In this document: piece by piece, positions 9,916 through 19,886 of the stretch | Numbering within the stretch: position 1 is the first letter of the stretch | Layout of the letters: each line of letters begins with the position of its first letter | NCBI GenBank assembly: GCA_963793425.1 | Contig: CAWCAG010000001.1 | Span: forward strand, 1 to 64,000 | Length of the DNA stretch: 64,000 bases | Reading direction: 5' to 3' | Source of the DNA: an uncultured cyanobacterium | Lineage (GTDB): Bacteria > Cyanobacteriota > Cyanobacteriia > Cyanobacteriales > CAWCAG01 | The notes under the pieces: model-generated | Databases searched by the model: none | Told to the model about the DNA's origin: nothing | Seen by the model: only the letters and a program-made list of their open reading frames with translations | Program-made: the position numbers and the translations under genes

Positions 9916-10932
9916 GTGATTAGAGTAGCCATCAACGGGTTTGGACGCATCGGACGCAATTTTATGAGATGCTGGATCGGGCGAGAAAACAGCCAGTTAG
10001 AAGTAGTGGGGATCAATGACACCTCTGACCCCAACACCAACGCCCACTTACTAAAATACGATTCGATGTTGGGAAAATTCAACGCTGATGTTAGCGCTGA
10101 TGAGAATTCCCTCATTGTTAATGGTAAAACTATTAAATGCGTCTCTGACCGCAATCCTTTAAATTTACCTTGGGAGGCTTGGGGTGTTGATTTAGTTATT
10201 GAATCAACAGGAGTATTTCGTACTAAAGATACTGCTTCTAAGCATATAGCAGCAGGGGCAAAAAAAGTTCTCATTACGGCTCCTGGTAAAGGTGCAGATA
10301 TTGGTACTTATGTTGTCGGAGTTAATCACCAAGATTATGCCCACGACAAATATGATGTTTTAAGTAATGCTAGTTGTACTACTAACTGTTTAGCTCCTAT
10401 TGTTAAAGTACTCAACGATAACTTTGGCATCATCAAAGGGACAATGACCACAACCCACAGTTACACTGGGGATCAAAGAATTTTGGATGCTAGCCATAGA
10501 GATTTACGTCGGGCTAGGGCAGCGGCTATCAATATTGTACCCACCAGTACTGGTGCGGCTCAAGCTGTAGCTTTGGTTGTACCAGAAGTAAAAGGAAAGC
10601 TTGACGGTATTGCTTTGCGGGTTCCTACTCCTAATGTTTCTGTAGTAGATTTTGTTGCTCAAGTTGAGAAAAATACCATTGCACAGCAAGTCAACGATGT
10701 ACTTAGGGAGGCATCTGAAAAGTCCATGAAGGGTATTTTGGGTTATAGCGATTTGCCTTTGGTTTCCTGCGATTACCGAGGTACAGACGAATCTTCTACC
10801 GTGGATTCTAACTTAACCATTGCTTTGGGCGGTGATATGATTAAGGTTATTGCTTGGTATGACAACGAGTGGGGTTATTCTCAGCGGGTTGTTGACTTAG
10901 CAGAAATTGTGGCTGAACAATGGCCTTCCTAA
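9916..10932 (+). CDS. gap2: NAD(P)-dependent glyceraldehyde-3-phosphate dehydrogenase (Calvin-cycle type)
   Basis: [17 protein letters not shown] and the Gap2/GapA-type [15 protein letters not shown] loop. Confidence 0.95.
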   Translation: MIRVAINGFGRIGRNFMRCWIGRENSQLEVVGINDTSDPNTNAHLLKYDSMLGKFNADVSADENSLIVNGKTIKCVSDRNPLNLPWEAWGVDLVIESTGVFRTKDTASKHIAAGAKKVLITAPGKGADIGTYVVGVNHQDYAHDKYDVLSNASCTTNCLAPIVKVLNDNFGIIKGTMTTTHSYTGDQRILDASHRDLRRARAAAINIVPTSTGAAQAVALVVPEVKGKLDGIALRVPTPNVSVVDFVAQVEKNTIAQQVNDVLREASEKSMKGILGYSDLPLVSCDYRGTDESSTVDSNLTIALGGDMIKVIAWYDNEWGYSQRVVDLAEIVAEQWPS

Positions 10933-10951
10933 GATTTATAAGGTAATAAAT

Positions 10952-10988
10952 AATTGAGGGGTAAGGTTATTTCGTTTACCCCTCAATT
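10952..10988. terminator. Probable bidirectional terminator between gap2 and argZ
   Basis: AATTGAGGGGTAA ... TTACCCCTCAATT inverted repeat between convergent genes. Confidence 0.75.
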
Positions 10989-11006
10989 TTCTAATTACGG
11001 GAAGCC

Positions 11007-13112
11007 TCAAACGCTATAAGGACTAGTTAACTTATCCAACTGCTGCACTAACAAACTGAGGAACAAGCCTACATCTGTCACCACACCCACAGATTCAACA
11101 GAACCGCGATCGCTTAATTTGGTCACTACTGCTGGATTAATATCGACACAAACCATCTTCACCCCAGCAGGGGTCATGTTACCAACACCAATAGAATGTA
11201 ACATAGTTGAAAGCATAAGAATCATATCTGTCCTTTCCAGCAACCGAGCATATTCTGTTTGCGCTTTCACTAAATCCATTTCCGTATCAGGTAAAGGCCC
11301 ATCGTCACGAATCGAACCTGCTAAGCAGAAAGGCACTTGGTTACGAACACATTCATACATAACCCCTTTACCCAAAAGTCCGGCTTCCACTGCTTTAGCG
11401 ATGCTACCGTAACGGCGAATAGTATTAATCACTTTTAAATGATGGCGATGTCCTCCCCTCACAGGGACACCCCGTTGCATATCTACCCCTAAAGAGGTTC
11501 CCATCATAGATTGTTCAATATCATGAACCGCGATCGCATTGCCTCCCAGTAAGGTTTGGACATAACCTTCGCGAATTAAATGGGAAAGATGATGGCTGCC
11601 CCCGGTATGGATAACCACTGGTCCTGCTGTGACAACCACTTTACCACCGCGATCGCGAATTTGGCGCAATTCCCAAGCAATTTGTTCTACCACTAATTCT
11701 ACCCGGCGTTCGCTGGAAACCCCTGCCCCCATAAAGCTAAACTCTTGGGTAGTGTTACGTTTTTGCCTTGATTCAGTTTTGCGGACGGTACGAATACCTT
11801 CTATTCCAGTAACTACCCGTTCACCATTTTCTAAGTCTCGCAAAATTTTACACTGGGCGACTACTTGATCTCCAGTTTTACTAATCGCGATAGCTGCATC
11901 CATGCGCTGTCCTTGTACCCTCAGCCATTCCCCATTGACCCGTACTTCCGTGGGATAAATGGTGGAAACATAGAAATCATCCGGGGCAACTCCTGCTTTA
12001 TTAATAGGTTCGAGAATCGCATCCCGTTCTTCCTGGGGTCGATCCACTACCCCCATATCAATGAGTTGGGCAGCAATCTCCTCCATCACTTCATGGGAAG
12101 GGGCAGAAACTTTAATCTCAGCCTGGGAAGTACTTTGACGCTGTTCCCCCAAATTAAAATTGAGGACTTGGAAACTACCACCACTACTCATGATAGAATC
12201 TAAAGCACGATTCATGATCCCGGCATCAAGAAGATGCCCTTCCATGCGGACAATGCGACTTTCTACCCCAACGTTAGCATGGACTTCTGCTAATACAGGT
12301 TCTGTTACCCGCAGGGTTAAGCATTTTGCCGCCCCTCCTGCTTTGAGAAATTCTGTTAAAGGAGTCTCTACTACTTCAAAACTTGCTTCTGTAAGGCGCT
12401 TTTTTAGGGAGTCGCTAGCCTTATTCATAACGACGGTAGAGTTGATGTTAACAGAGTTACAAGCAAAGTTAACAGCATCTGCTTCCTGGATAGCAATACG
12501 CTTTTCTTGGGGAACTCGCCTTTCAATAATTTGATTAGAGTAAGCATCAAAAGCCCCAGGATAGTAGAGTAGATAGCCTCCTGCTAAAGGACAAAAACAA
12601 GTATCAAGGTGATAAAAACGGTCGTCAATTAACCTTAAAGAAACAACTTCTACATCTAACCACTTAGCAATGTAGGGATGGGCATCAAGTTCGGAACGGA
12701 AACCATAACCAGCCCATAACCAACGCCCTTCACGGTCAAAAAGGGCATCTCCAGCCCCTTCAAAGGGTAAATCTTTGGGTAATTCGTAAACGGTATAACC
12801 TTGATCAGCAAACCATTGTTTGAAATGAGGTTCTTCTCCTTGACGTTCTTTATGGAGGAAACGACTGAGAACAACATTATCTCCTAATACAAGTCCAGCA
12901 TTAGCAGTGAAGACCATATCGGGCCAGCCCTTTTGCGGGGTGACTAACTCAACAATGCTACGGTCTTTGAGAACATAGTAAAGCTTTTGCCATTGTTCTA
13001 CGGCGCGATCGCGAGAAGATTTATGAATATTCCCTTCCATCCAAGGATTAATCACATAATCCACATCGTAATGGTCAGGAGAACACATGAGGAAACGAAT
13101 TGAGTCAGTCAT
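11007..13112 (-). CDS. argZ: Arginine dihydrolase ArgZ/AgrE (amidinotransferase domain fused to LOR/SDH-like domain)
   Basis: INPWM, DMVFTAN, FEGAGD, FYHLDTCF, GGAAKC N-terminal domain plus VSSERRV/GSIRDDGPLPD C-terminal domain; 701 aa. Confidence 0.9.
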   Translation of the reverse strand: MTDSIRFLMCSPDHYDVDYVINPWMEGNIHKSSRDRAVEQWQKLYYVLKDRSIVELVTPQKGWPDMVFTANAGLVLGDNVVLSRFLHKERQGEEPHFKQWFADQGYTVYELPKDLPFEGAGDALFDREGRWLWAGYGFRSELDAHPYIAKWLDVEVVSLRLIDDRFYHLDTCFCPLAGGYLLYYPGAFDAYSNQIIERRVPQEKRIAIQEADAVNFACNSVNINSTVVMNKASDSLKKRLTEASFEVVETPLTEFLKAGGAAKCLTLRVTEPVLAEVHANVGVESRIVRMEGHLLDAGIMNRALDSIMSSGGSFQVLNFNLGEQRQSTSQAEIKVSAPSHEVMEEIAAQLIDMGVVDRPQEERDAILEPINKAGVAPDDFYVSTIYPTEVRVNGEWLRVQGQRMDAAIAISKTGDQVVAQCKILRDLENGERVVTGIEGIRTVRKTESRQKRNTTQEFSFMGAGVSSERRVELVVEQIAWELRQIRDRGGKVVVTAGPVVIHTGGSHHLSHLIREGYVQTLLGGNAIAVHDIEQSMMGTSLGVDMQRGVPVRGGHRHHLKVINTIRRYGSIAKAVEAGLLGKGVMYECVRNQVPFCLAGSIRDDGPLPDTEMDLVKAQTEYARLLERTDMILMLSTMLHSIGVGNMTPAGVKMVCVDINPAVVTKLSDRGSVESVGVVTDVGLFLSLLVQQLDKLTSPYSV

Positions 13113-13279
13113 AATAATTTAATTTAGGTCACATCACCTAAGAATATTAATTCAGTCGCGTCTCTGACAAGACAAACATTTCATTGTATATTTCCTGGGG
13201 GAAGATCACAATTGGGAAATTGCGGTCGGGCGCAAGATTGTAAACTAGATACTGTAACCTTTCGTCACCTAAGCTAAAT

Positions 13280-14461
13280 ATGGAATATCGGCGGTTTGGT
13301 CGTACAGAATTATCAATGCCTGTCTTTTCTTGTGGTGGGATGAGATATCAACATAAATGGCAAGATCGTCCCCTTGCAGATATTCCCCAAGACAGCCAAG
13401 ACAACTTGGAAACAACCATCAAAAGGGGTTTAGAGGTTGGTGTTAACCACATCGAAACAGCAAGGGGTTATGGCACTTCAGAAATGCAGTTGGGACAAGT
13501 TTTACCTCAATTGCCCAGGGAGAAGTTAATTGTCCAGACGAAGGTTAGTCCTAAACCTAACCCCAAGGAGTTTCGCCGTCAGTTTGATAAATCCCTAAAT
13601 TATTTGCAACTAGATTATGTGGATTTGTTAGGACTCCATGGCATTAATAACGAAGAGGTTTTGCATAATAGTATTCGTCCCGGTGGCTGTTTTGCTGAAG
13701 CGAAGAAGTTACAAGCTGAGGGGAAAGTACGCTTTATTGGTTTTTCTACCCACGGCCCGACAGAGATTATTGTTAAAACCATTGAAACAGGTTTGTTTGA
13801 TTATGTAAACTTGCATTGGTACTACATCAATCAATTTAATTGGCCTGCCATTGAAGCAGCAACTAAAAAAGATATGGGAGTGTTTATTATCAGTCCTTCT
13901 GATAAAGGTGGGCAGCTTTACAACCCGCCATCCAAATTAGTTGAACTTTGCCAGCCCTTAAGCCCGATGGTTTTTAATGACCTTTTTTGTCTTAGCCATC
14001 CTCAAGTTCATACTCTTAGTTTAGGGGCTGCTAAACCAACAGATTTTGATGAACATCTTAAAGTTTTACCTCTTTTAAACCAAGCTGAGGAAATTTTGTC
14101 GCCGATTTTAGAACGTTTAGAGAAAGAAGCGATGGCAGTTTTAGGAGAAGAGTGGGTACGAAGTTGGTATGTTGATTTGCCTGATTTTACTCAAACTCCG
14201 GGACAAGTTAATATTCCAGTAATTTTGTGGTTAAGGAATCTTGCCCTTGCTTATGACATGGTAGATTATGGCAAAATGCGTTACAACTTGTTGGGTAATG
14301 GTGGTCATTGGTTTCCTGGTCAAAAGGCAGAGAATTTGTCAGGATTGGATTTCAGTTCTTGTTTAAAAAACAGTCCCCATAGATATAAAATTCCTGCTTT
14401 GTTAGCAGAAGCAGAAGAGATTTTAGGGGGAGGGGAAATCAAGCGTTTATCACAGAGTTGA
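13280..14461 (+). CDS. Aldo/keto reductase family protein
   Basis: MEYRRFGRT, IETARGYGTSE, LDYVDLLGLHG, GKVRFIGFSTH motifs. Confidence 0.92.
   Translation: MEYRRFGRTELSMPVFSCGGMRYQHKWQDRPLADIPQDSQDNLETTIKRGLEVGVNHIETARGYGTSEMQLGQVLPQLPREKLIVQTKVSPKPNPKEFRRQFDKSLNYLQLDYVDLLGLHGINNEEVLHNSIRPGGCFAEAKKLQAEGKVRFIGFSTHGPTEIIVKTIETGLFDYVNLHWYYINQFNWPAIEAATKKDMGVFIISPSDKGGQLYNPPSKLVELCQPLSPMVFNDLFCLSHPQVHTLSLGAAKPTDFDEHLKVLPLLNQAEEILSPILERLEKEAMAVLGEEWVRSWYVDLPDFTQTPGQVNIPVILWLRNLALAYDMVDYGKMRYNLLGNGGHWFPGQKAENLSGLDFSSCLKNSPHRYKIPALLAEAEEILGGGEIKRLSQS
14035..14461 (+). repeat. Direct repeat (left copy) of the aldo/keto reductase 3' end
   Basis: High identity to ~17522-17948, including long identical tracts. 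Confidence 0.9.
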
Positions 14462-14499
14462 TTTGTGTTTAGTTTCGCGACCTTGACCTAACCTACAGT

Positions 14500-14907
14500 T
14501 CATACTACTTTTAGAGTGAAATTGTACTTCTTTGTACAAAAAGGTGGTATAGTCATCCATTTCTCATAGTCCATTAACCCAATAACTATCTGTTTGGAGA
14601 ACTCTTTACTTTGAAACCAAGAAGGCGAAGGAGCTATTGAGCAGAGAGAAAACTCAAGTTGACCATTTCCAACAACAGGGGAACCATAGGCTGCAACTGT
14701 ATCAAAGTGAGCGCCTATACGATGTAAATTCTTGTCTTTAGCATCTGGGTATAAATTAGCAAAGAACTTACATGGAGTACGAGCAAAGTATTCAACTACT
14801 AGTTTCACTTCATATTGCTTAGCTTTAGAGACCGCGAAATAATATGAACCTTTTTCTAACTCTACAGGTTTAATAATTGAGATAGAATAGCCACTAACTT
14901 GTGTCAT
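14500..14907 (-). CDS. Hypothetical protein, predicted beta-rich; third gene of the NLR cassette
   Basis: 135-aa ORF with AGAGG RBS, co-oriented immediately downstream of the NLR gene; no family recognised. Confidence 0.65.
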   Translation of the reverse strand: MTQVSGYSISIIKPVELEKGSYYFAVSKAKQYEVKLVVEYFARTPCKFFANLYPDAKDKNLHRIGAHFDTVAAYGSPVVGNGQLEFSLCSIAPSPSWFQSKEFSKQIVIGLMDYEKWMTIPPFCTKKYNFTLKVV

Positions 14908-14926
14908 AAAAAACCTCTAACTTGTG

Positions 14927-16912
14927 TCATTGTTTAAAAAACATCATTAAATTCAAACTTGCAATACATCTTCCAAAAGGGAAAGTTATGAATATTTCAT
15001 CGTCTTTGTCTAGCACCATATCATTTTCATAATTTACAATCTTGGCTACTACGTAATCTCCTTTTTTTACTTTTTTCGATGGATCATACTTTAGCTTGGG
15101 AAGCCTTGAAAAGCCTTTGATAACAACTTTTCTACCAAACTCATTAATGAATTCACTACACTCATTTGGGTTTTTCTCACATATCTTTTCAAAATAATTA
15201 TCAACACTCAAAGTATTTTTAGTGAATTTATTCCATTTCTTACTTTTTGAATTTGATATTGATAATTCTAGATTTTTGAGCGAACACAATTCATATTTTT
15301 TGTCATCAATATTCTTTGATATTTGTAATGCTTCTTGATTACAAGCTATATCTTCTTGATACTTTCCCAGAGCCAAGTAAGTTCTAGCAAGGCGGTGCAA
15401 TAAATTGATTTTTATAAAATTAAAAGCATTTTTATCAAAATCACTTATACTATTAAGTAGAGATGATGCTTCCTGATAAGCATTTATAGCTTCTTCAAAA
15501 TTATTTAAAGAACCATGAATTGCATCACCTAAATGAATCAAATTTATAGTAATTATTAACTGCTCTTTAGAAGAAAAGTAATTTTCTAGCCATTCATTAA
15601 TCAACTGTTTGTATAAAGGTATTAGTAGACCATATCCTCCCCATTGCTTATTTAAAAACTCTACGCAATTTTCAATAATAAAACTTGCTCTAGTATAATC
15701 ATTTGCTTTGCAAAAGTGATAAAAAGATTCTATTTCTGCACCACAATCATCTGGTAAAAATTTCTTGCTATTTGTATTTTCTGAAAAGAAAATACCTGCT
15801 TTTAGGTGTGCTGCTTTAAAACTCTCAAGTTGCTCTAATTCTTTATAAACAAGCTCTTGTATTAGTGGATGCAAAGTCCAACGCTGATCTTCTGGCCTTG
15901 CTACTAAAAATGATTTCTCAGACAGAAGTTGAATATCTGCTATTTCTGCTTCTGGTGCTATCGCTTTAACCTCCCTCATGCTAAAGGCATTACGGTAAAC
16001 ACTAATACCTGTTAGTAACGTTCTTAAATTAGAATTTAACTGATTAAAGAGATTTTTGAATACCTTCTCAACTTTTGCTTCTAGCTGTACTTGATCATTC
16101 TGAAAGAGATTTTCAAAGAATCGAAGGTATTCTGAAGTTAGCTCAAAATATTCTAGTTTTTGCCCGTGTTGTTTAAGCCATACTATTACTAACTTAAGTA
16201 ATAGGGGATGTCCTTCCGTCGCAATTGCTAAATCTCTAACATGATTTGGATTATTACTTACAATACCAAGCTCGTTGAGAACTTTGTCAAACTGTTTTCG
16301 CTCCAAACCCTTAAGATGAATCCAGTGATCTGCTTCACAGAGCTTTCGCTTGGTAGTGAGTAGAAGTTTACTGCATTCTCCTCTTTCTAACCAATCTGTT
16401 AGAAAAGCTCTATATGAAGACCAATTTTCCGATGAAGCAATCATTTCTAATTGATCAATTATTAATAAGTATGGCTTTTCTCTCAAGTGTTTGAGTAATT
16501 CTAATGCGAGGTCTTGATCACTAGGTTGATAATTAATTTCTTCTACTTTGCACCCTAGTTCTCGTAGTAACCATAGGGCAAATAGGTTGAAGGGAATATC
16601 TTTAGGTATACTAATCCAAAGTTTTTTGCAAAATCCTGATGCTAAATTATGATATGCCCATGCTGCTAAACTCGATTTTCCAAACCCACCTAATCCAAAA
16701 ATGCCGATAAGCCTACTTTCAGATTTTATTCTTTTACATAAATCTTCTTGAATATTGTCACGATTAATCCAATTTTCAAGGGATGGTGGAACTGAATCAA
16801 TTCCTATAATAAGAATCTTTTTTAAAGACTCATTTTCTTTAAAAGTAAGTTCCCCTTCAGGGTTATTGATTACATATAGATCGCCAATATGACTCTCGTT
16901 TCTTTGGCTCAT
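14927..16912 (-). CDS. NLR-like STAND protein: short N-terminal motif, NB-ARC, TPR, small C-terminal beta domain
   Basis: Walker A GLGGFGKS, Walker B LLIIDQLE, LLLTT sensor, GHPLLL (GxP), LHPLI (MHD-like), then TPR-like helices. Confidence 0.9.
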   Translation of the reverse strand: MSQRNESHIGDLYVINNPEGELTFKENESLKKILIIGIDSVPPSLENWINRDNIQEDLCKRIKSESRLIGIFGLGGFGKSSLAAWAYHNLASGFCKKLWISIPKDIPFNLFALWLLRELGCKVEEINYQPSDQDLALELLKHLREKPYLLIIDQLEMIASSENWSSYRAFLTDWLERGECSKLLLTTKRKLCEADHWIHLKGLERKQFDKVLNELGIVSNNPNHVRDLAIATEGHPLLLKLVIVWLKQHGQKLEYFELTSEYLRFFENLFQNDQVQLEAKVEKVFKNLFNQLNSNLRTLLTGISVYRNAFSMREVKAIAPEAEIADIQLLSEKSFLVARPEDQRWTLHPLIQELVYKELEQLESFKAAHLKAGIFFSENTNSKKFLPDDCGAEIESFYHFCKANDYTRASFIIENCVEFLNKQWGGYGLLIPLYKQLINEWLENYFSSKEQLIITINLIHLGDAIHGSLNNFEEAINAYQEASSLLNSISDFDKNAFNFIKINLLHRLARTYLALGKYQEDIACNQEALQISKNIDDKKYELCSLKNLELSISNSKSKKWNKFTKNTLSVDNYFEKICEKNPNECSEFINEFGRKVVIKGFSRLPKLKYDPSKKVKKGDYVVAKIVNYENDMVLDKDDEIFITFPFGRCIASLNLMMFFKQ

Positions 16913-16951
16913 GTTTTCACCACAACTCTTTGAGCAAACAAGTTACTTTAG

Positions 16952-17341
16952 CTAACCACCTAGTCTGAGATTACCTGTTGGATTGTTGATCACATACATA
17001 TCTCGCCCATTGCTGTTATTGATTTGTTGAAGTTTGTTTTTTTGCTGAGTCTGATGGAGATTCCCAATTTGTTGAGCTAATTGCTTGACTTGTGTTGCAA
17101 ATTTGGGATCAAACTTCATTTCATTTGCTAAGCACTTTGCAAGACTATCTATACTTACCTCATTTTTCCGAGTTGCTACAGCTCTAAGGACATTCTCATT
17201 TTGTTGTTTTCCCTTGAATTTCTCAGCAATTACATTCCATAGTTCCTCAACTATTTTTTCACCAGCTTTTCCCACTCCCCCTTCCATAAACTTGCTAGCG
17301 GCAAGGGCGGCTACAGTCATTGCAGTAATAGGCTCTGTCAT
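16952..17341 (-). CDS. Small helical Bell/HeLo-like effector with C-terminal N/Q/G-rich candidate amyloid motif
   Basis: N-terminal hydrophobic/Gly-rich helix (ITAMTVAALAASKFMEGGVGKAG), LW..I..KF and D..FA..V..L patterns; tail matches the NLR N-terminus. Confidence 0.7.
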   Translation of the reverse strand: MTEPITAMTVAALAASKFMEGGVGKAGEKIVEELWNVIAEKFKGKQQNENVLRAVATRKNEVSIDSLAKCLANEMKFDPKFATQVKQLAQQIGNLHQTQQKNKLQQINNSNGRDMYVINNPTGNLRLGG

Positions 17342-17521
17342 AGGTTAACCTTTGTTGAGTTGAAAAGTATTCACTCATTCGCAATTATACTGACACCCTA
17401 TAATTTCTTATAATACACATTCAATTAAAAACTTGTAGTTCATTTTCTAGCTAAATGTACTTGTAAAGCTCAAGTAGCTATAGCAGCACTCAGTAAAACC
17501 AAAAGAATCAGTTCCAAAACT

Positions 17522-17948
17522 GCTAACGGATTTTAATGAATATTCAAAAGTGTTACCTCTTTTAGAACAAGCAGAGGAGATTCTCTCGCCAATTTTAGAA
17601 CGTTTGCAAAAAGAGGCGATCGCAGTTTTAGGAGAAGAGTGGGTACGAAGTTGGTATGTTGATTTGCCTGATTTTACTCAAGCTCCGGGACAAGTTAATA
17701 TTCCAGTAATTTTGTGGTTAAGAAATTTGGCTCTTGCCTATGATATGGTAGATTATGGCAAAATGCGTTACAACTTGTTGGGTAACGGTGGTCATTGGTT
17801 TCCTGGTCAGAAAGCAGAGCAATTATCAGGATTAGATTTAAGTTCCTGTTTAAAAAATAGTCCCCACGCAGCTAAAATCCCCGCTTTATTAGCAGAAGTA
17901 GAAGAGATTTTAGGAGGAGGGGAAATTAAACGTTTATCCCAAAGCTAG
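17522..17948 (+). pseudogene. Displaced 3' fragment of the aldo/keto reductase gene
   Basis: 132-aa fragment nearly identical to the C-terminal third of 13280..14461; lacks the 5' two-thirds. Confidence 0.9.
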
Positions 17949-17984
17949 CGCATCCAGATTAAATTGTTGATTATCAATCAGCAA

Positions 17985-18857
17985 TTAACTCGACAGTTGC
18001 CCTCCGGTAACATCATATAAAGCTCCGGTAACAAAACTACTATCACTACAAGCTAAGAAAACATACACAGGAGCAAGTTCTTCTGGTTGGGCTGTGCGTT
18101 TAATAATGCCATCTTTATCGTAGTTGTCTACTTTTTCTTTAGGCATAGTAGCAGGAATATTCGGAGTCCAAACCGGTCCGGGGACAACAGAGTTGACGCG
18201 AATCTTGCGATCGCCCAGATTCAAAGCCAGGGCCTTTGTGAAGGTATGTACCGCTCCTTTGCTAGTAGAATAATCTACCAACATTCCTTTACCCATTTTG
18301 CCGACGATACTACCAGTATTGATGATGACATCATCTTCTTTAAGATAGGGCAAAGCCGCTTTTACCATATAAAAATAGCCAAAAACATTAGTTTCCATGG
18401 TGCGACGAAACTGCTCTAAACTAATATCTTCAAACTTCTTTTGAGTCATTTGGTAAGCAGCATTATTAATTAAAATATTGAGCTTACCAAACTTTTCTAC
18501 TGTTTGCTCAATAGCCTTTTCACAATTGGCAAATTCCCTCACATCTCCTTGAATTACCAAACATTGCTGACCTCTTTTTTCTACAGATTCTTTCGTAACT
18601 TCAGCATCTTCTAAATTCTGGTCAAAGAAAATAGCCACATCTGCCCCCTCCATAGCATAGGCAATAGCGATCGCCCTACCAATTCCAGAATCACCCCCAG
18701 TAATAAAGGCCACTTTACCCTTAAGTTTCTCAGCAGGTTTGTAGTTAGATAAGTCGCTATCAGGCTGAGGAGTCATGTCTGCTTGAGAAGCCGGATAATC
18801 TAGTTTTTGCCCAGGAATTTCTTCAGGAGTAGGACGACGTTCTGATGTTTTCGTCAT
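17985..18857 (-). CDS. SDR family oxidoreductase (YhdF/YghA-like)
   Basis: TGGDSGIG, NNAA, YSTSK motifs. Confidence 0.92.
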   Translation of the reverse strand: MTKTSERRPTPEEIPGQKLDYPASQADMTPQPDSDLSNYKPAEKLKGKVAFITGGDSGIGRAIAIAYAMEGADVAIFFDQNLEDAEVTKESVEKRGQQCLVIQGDVREFANCEKAIEQTVEKFGKLNILINNAAYQMTQKKFEDISLEQFRRTMETNVFGYFYMVKAALPYLKEDDVIINTGSIVGKMGKGMLVDYSTSKGAVHTFTKALALNLGDRKIRVNSVVPGPVWTPNIPATMPKEKVDNYDKDGIIKRTAQPEELAPVYVFLACSDSSFVTGALYDVTGGQLSS

Positions 18858-19138
18858 TATTAAAATAGCCTCATTTCATATTACTTATTTTGACAGGAAA
18901 AATTGCTTTCAAGCGACTTGACAATGTTCCCAATCAAGAGTTTCTCTTCAATTGCTTTATTGAAAATAATAATTAATTTATTTGTAAAAAGTCATATCCC
19001 TTGGGTGAGATTAATTGACTAATCTCCTACCTATATAGAGCTAAAAAGATTGAAAAAATAGCACTACGTGCTAGGAAGCAGGAAGCAGGAAAGATTAGAA
19101 TGTTTACATAAGTTTCGAGATTTAGAGATGTCCTAACC

Positions 19139-19819
19139 TTGTTTCTAATTCAAACGAAGTTATCATTAAAGGAAAGATTAAGTTATGTAAACACTCTTTC
19201 TATAACCTTGACACCTACACACAGCATCAATAGAGAAACAGCTTGGCATCGCCTCCAACCCATTTGGGAAGGGGGAGAAGAAGTGGTTAAACAAGGACTT
19301 CCTCACTCTCAACTTGCCCCTGCATGGCAGATCCTGCTTTTAGGAGATGGTTCCCCCACTCGTCACCTCAAACTTCTTACTCGTGAACCTACGGAGGTAG
19401 ACGTAATCGATATGTCTCCTATTGGTAACGACGATGACTATGCCCCAACCCTGATTGAAGCAGTACCCGAACCAAGATTAAGGCGACAAGTATGGCTGCG
19501 TACAGCTTCTGGTCAGCGCCTTGCCTATGCTGCTTCTTGGTGGGATGCTAACCATGTAGACGAGTATTTACAGAATCGCTCTTTGCCTATTTGGGAAAGT
19601 CTCTCGCGCTTGCATACAGAGCTATATCGAGATATTCAAGGTATTTATTATGGTCATTCTGAAGCCTTAGAAGTTGCTTTTGAGCAAAAAGGGCCTTTTT
19701 GGGGCCGCCATTATCTCTTTTGGCACGACAAGAAACCACTAACTCTCATTTACGAAGTATTTTCCCCCTATTTAAGAAAATACTTAGGAGAAACAATTTC
19801 AATGAGCAATGAACATTGA
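19139..19819 (+). CDS. ubiC: Chorismate lyase (UbiC-like, cyanobacterial DUF98 type); true start probably further downstream
   Basis: LLGDGSPTRHL, RRQVWL...LAYAASWW, LTLIYEVFSP motifs. Confidence 0.82.
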   Translation: MFLIQTKLSLKERLSYVNTLSITLTPTHSINRETAWHRLQPIWEGGEEVVKQGLPHSQLAPAWQILLLGDGSPTRHLKLLTREPTEVDVIDMSPIGNDDDYAPTLIEAVPEPRLRRQVWLRTASGQRLAYAASWWDANHVDEYLQNRSLPIWESLSRLHTELYRDIQGIYYGHSEALEVAFEQKGPFWGRHYLFWHDKKPLTLIYEVFSPYLRKYLGETISMSNEH

Positions 19820-19886
19820 TAACTGATCATTGAAAAGGACGCGCTACAATCCGAGAAGAAGAAAAAGTTTTATGAGGAGTTTTTCT

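Noticed and set aside
13240..13252. NtcA site upstream of argZ
   Set aside because: Spacing is GTA-N7-TAC rather than N8.
14035..17948. DGR template/variable repeat pair
   Set aside because: Differences between the copies are not adenine-specific and no reverse transcriptase is present.
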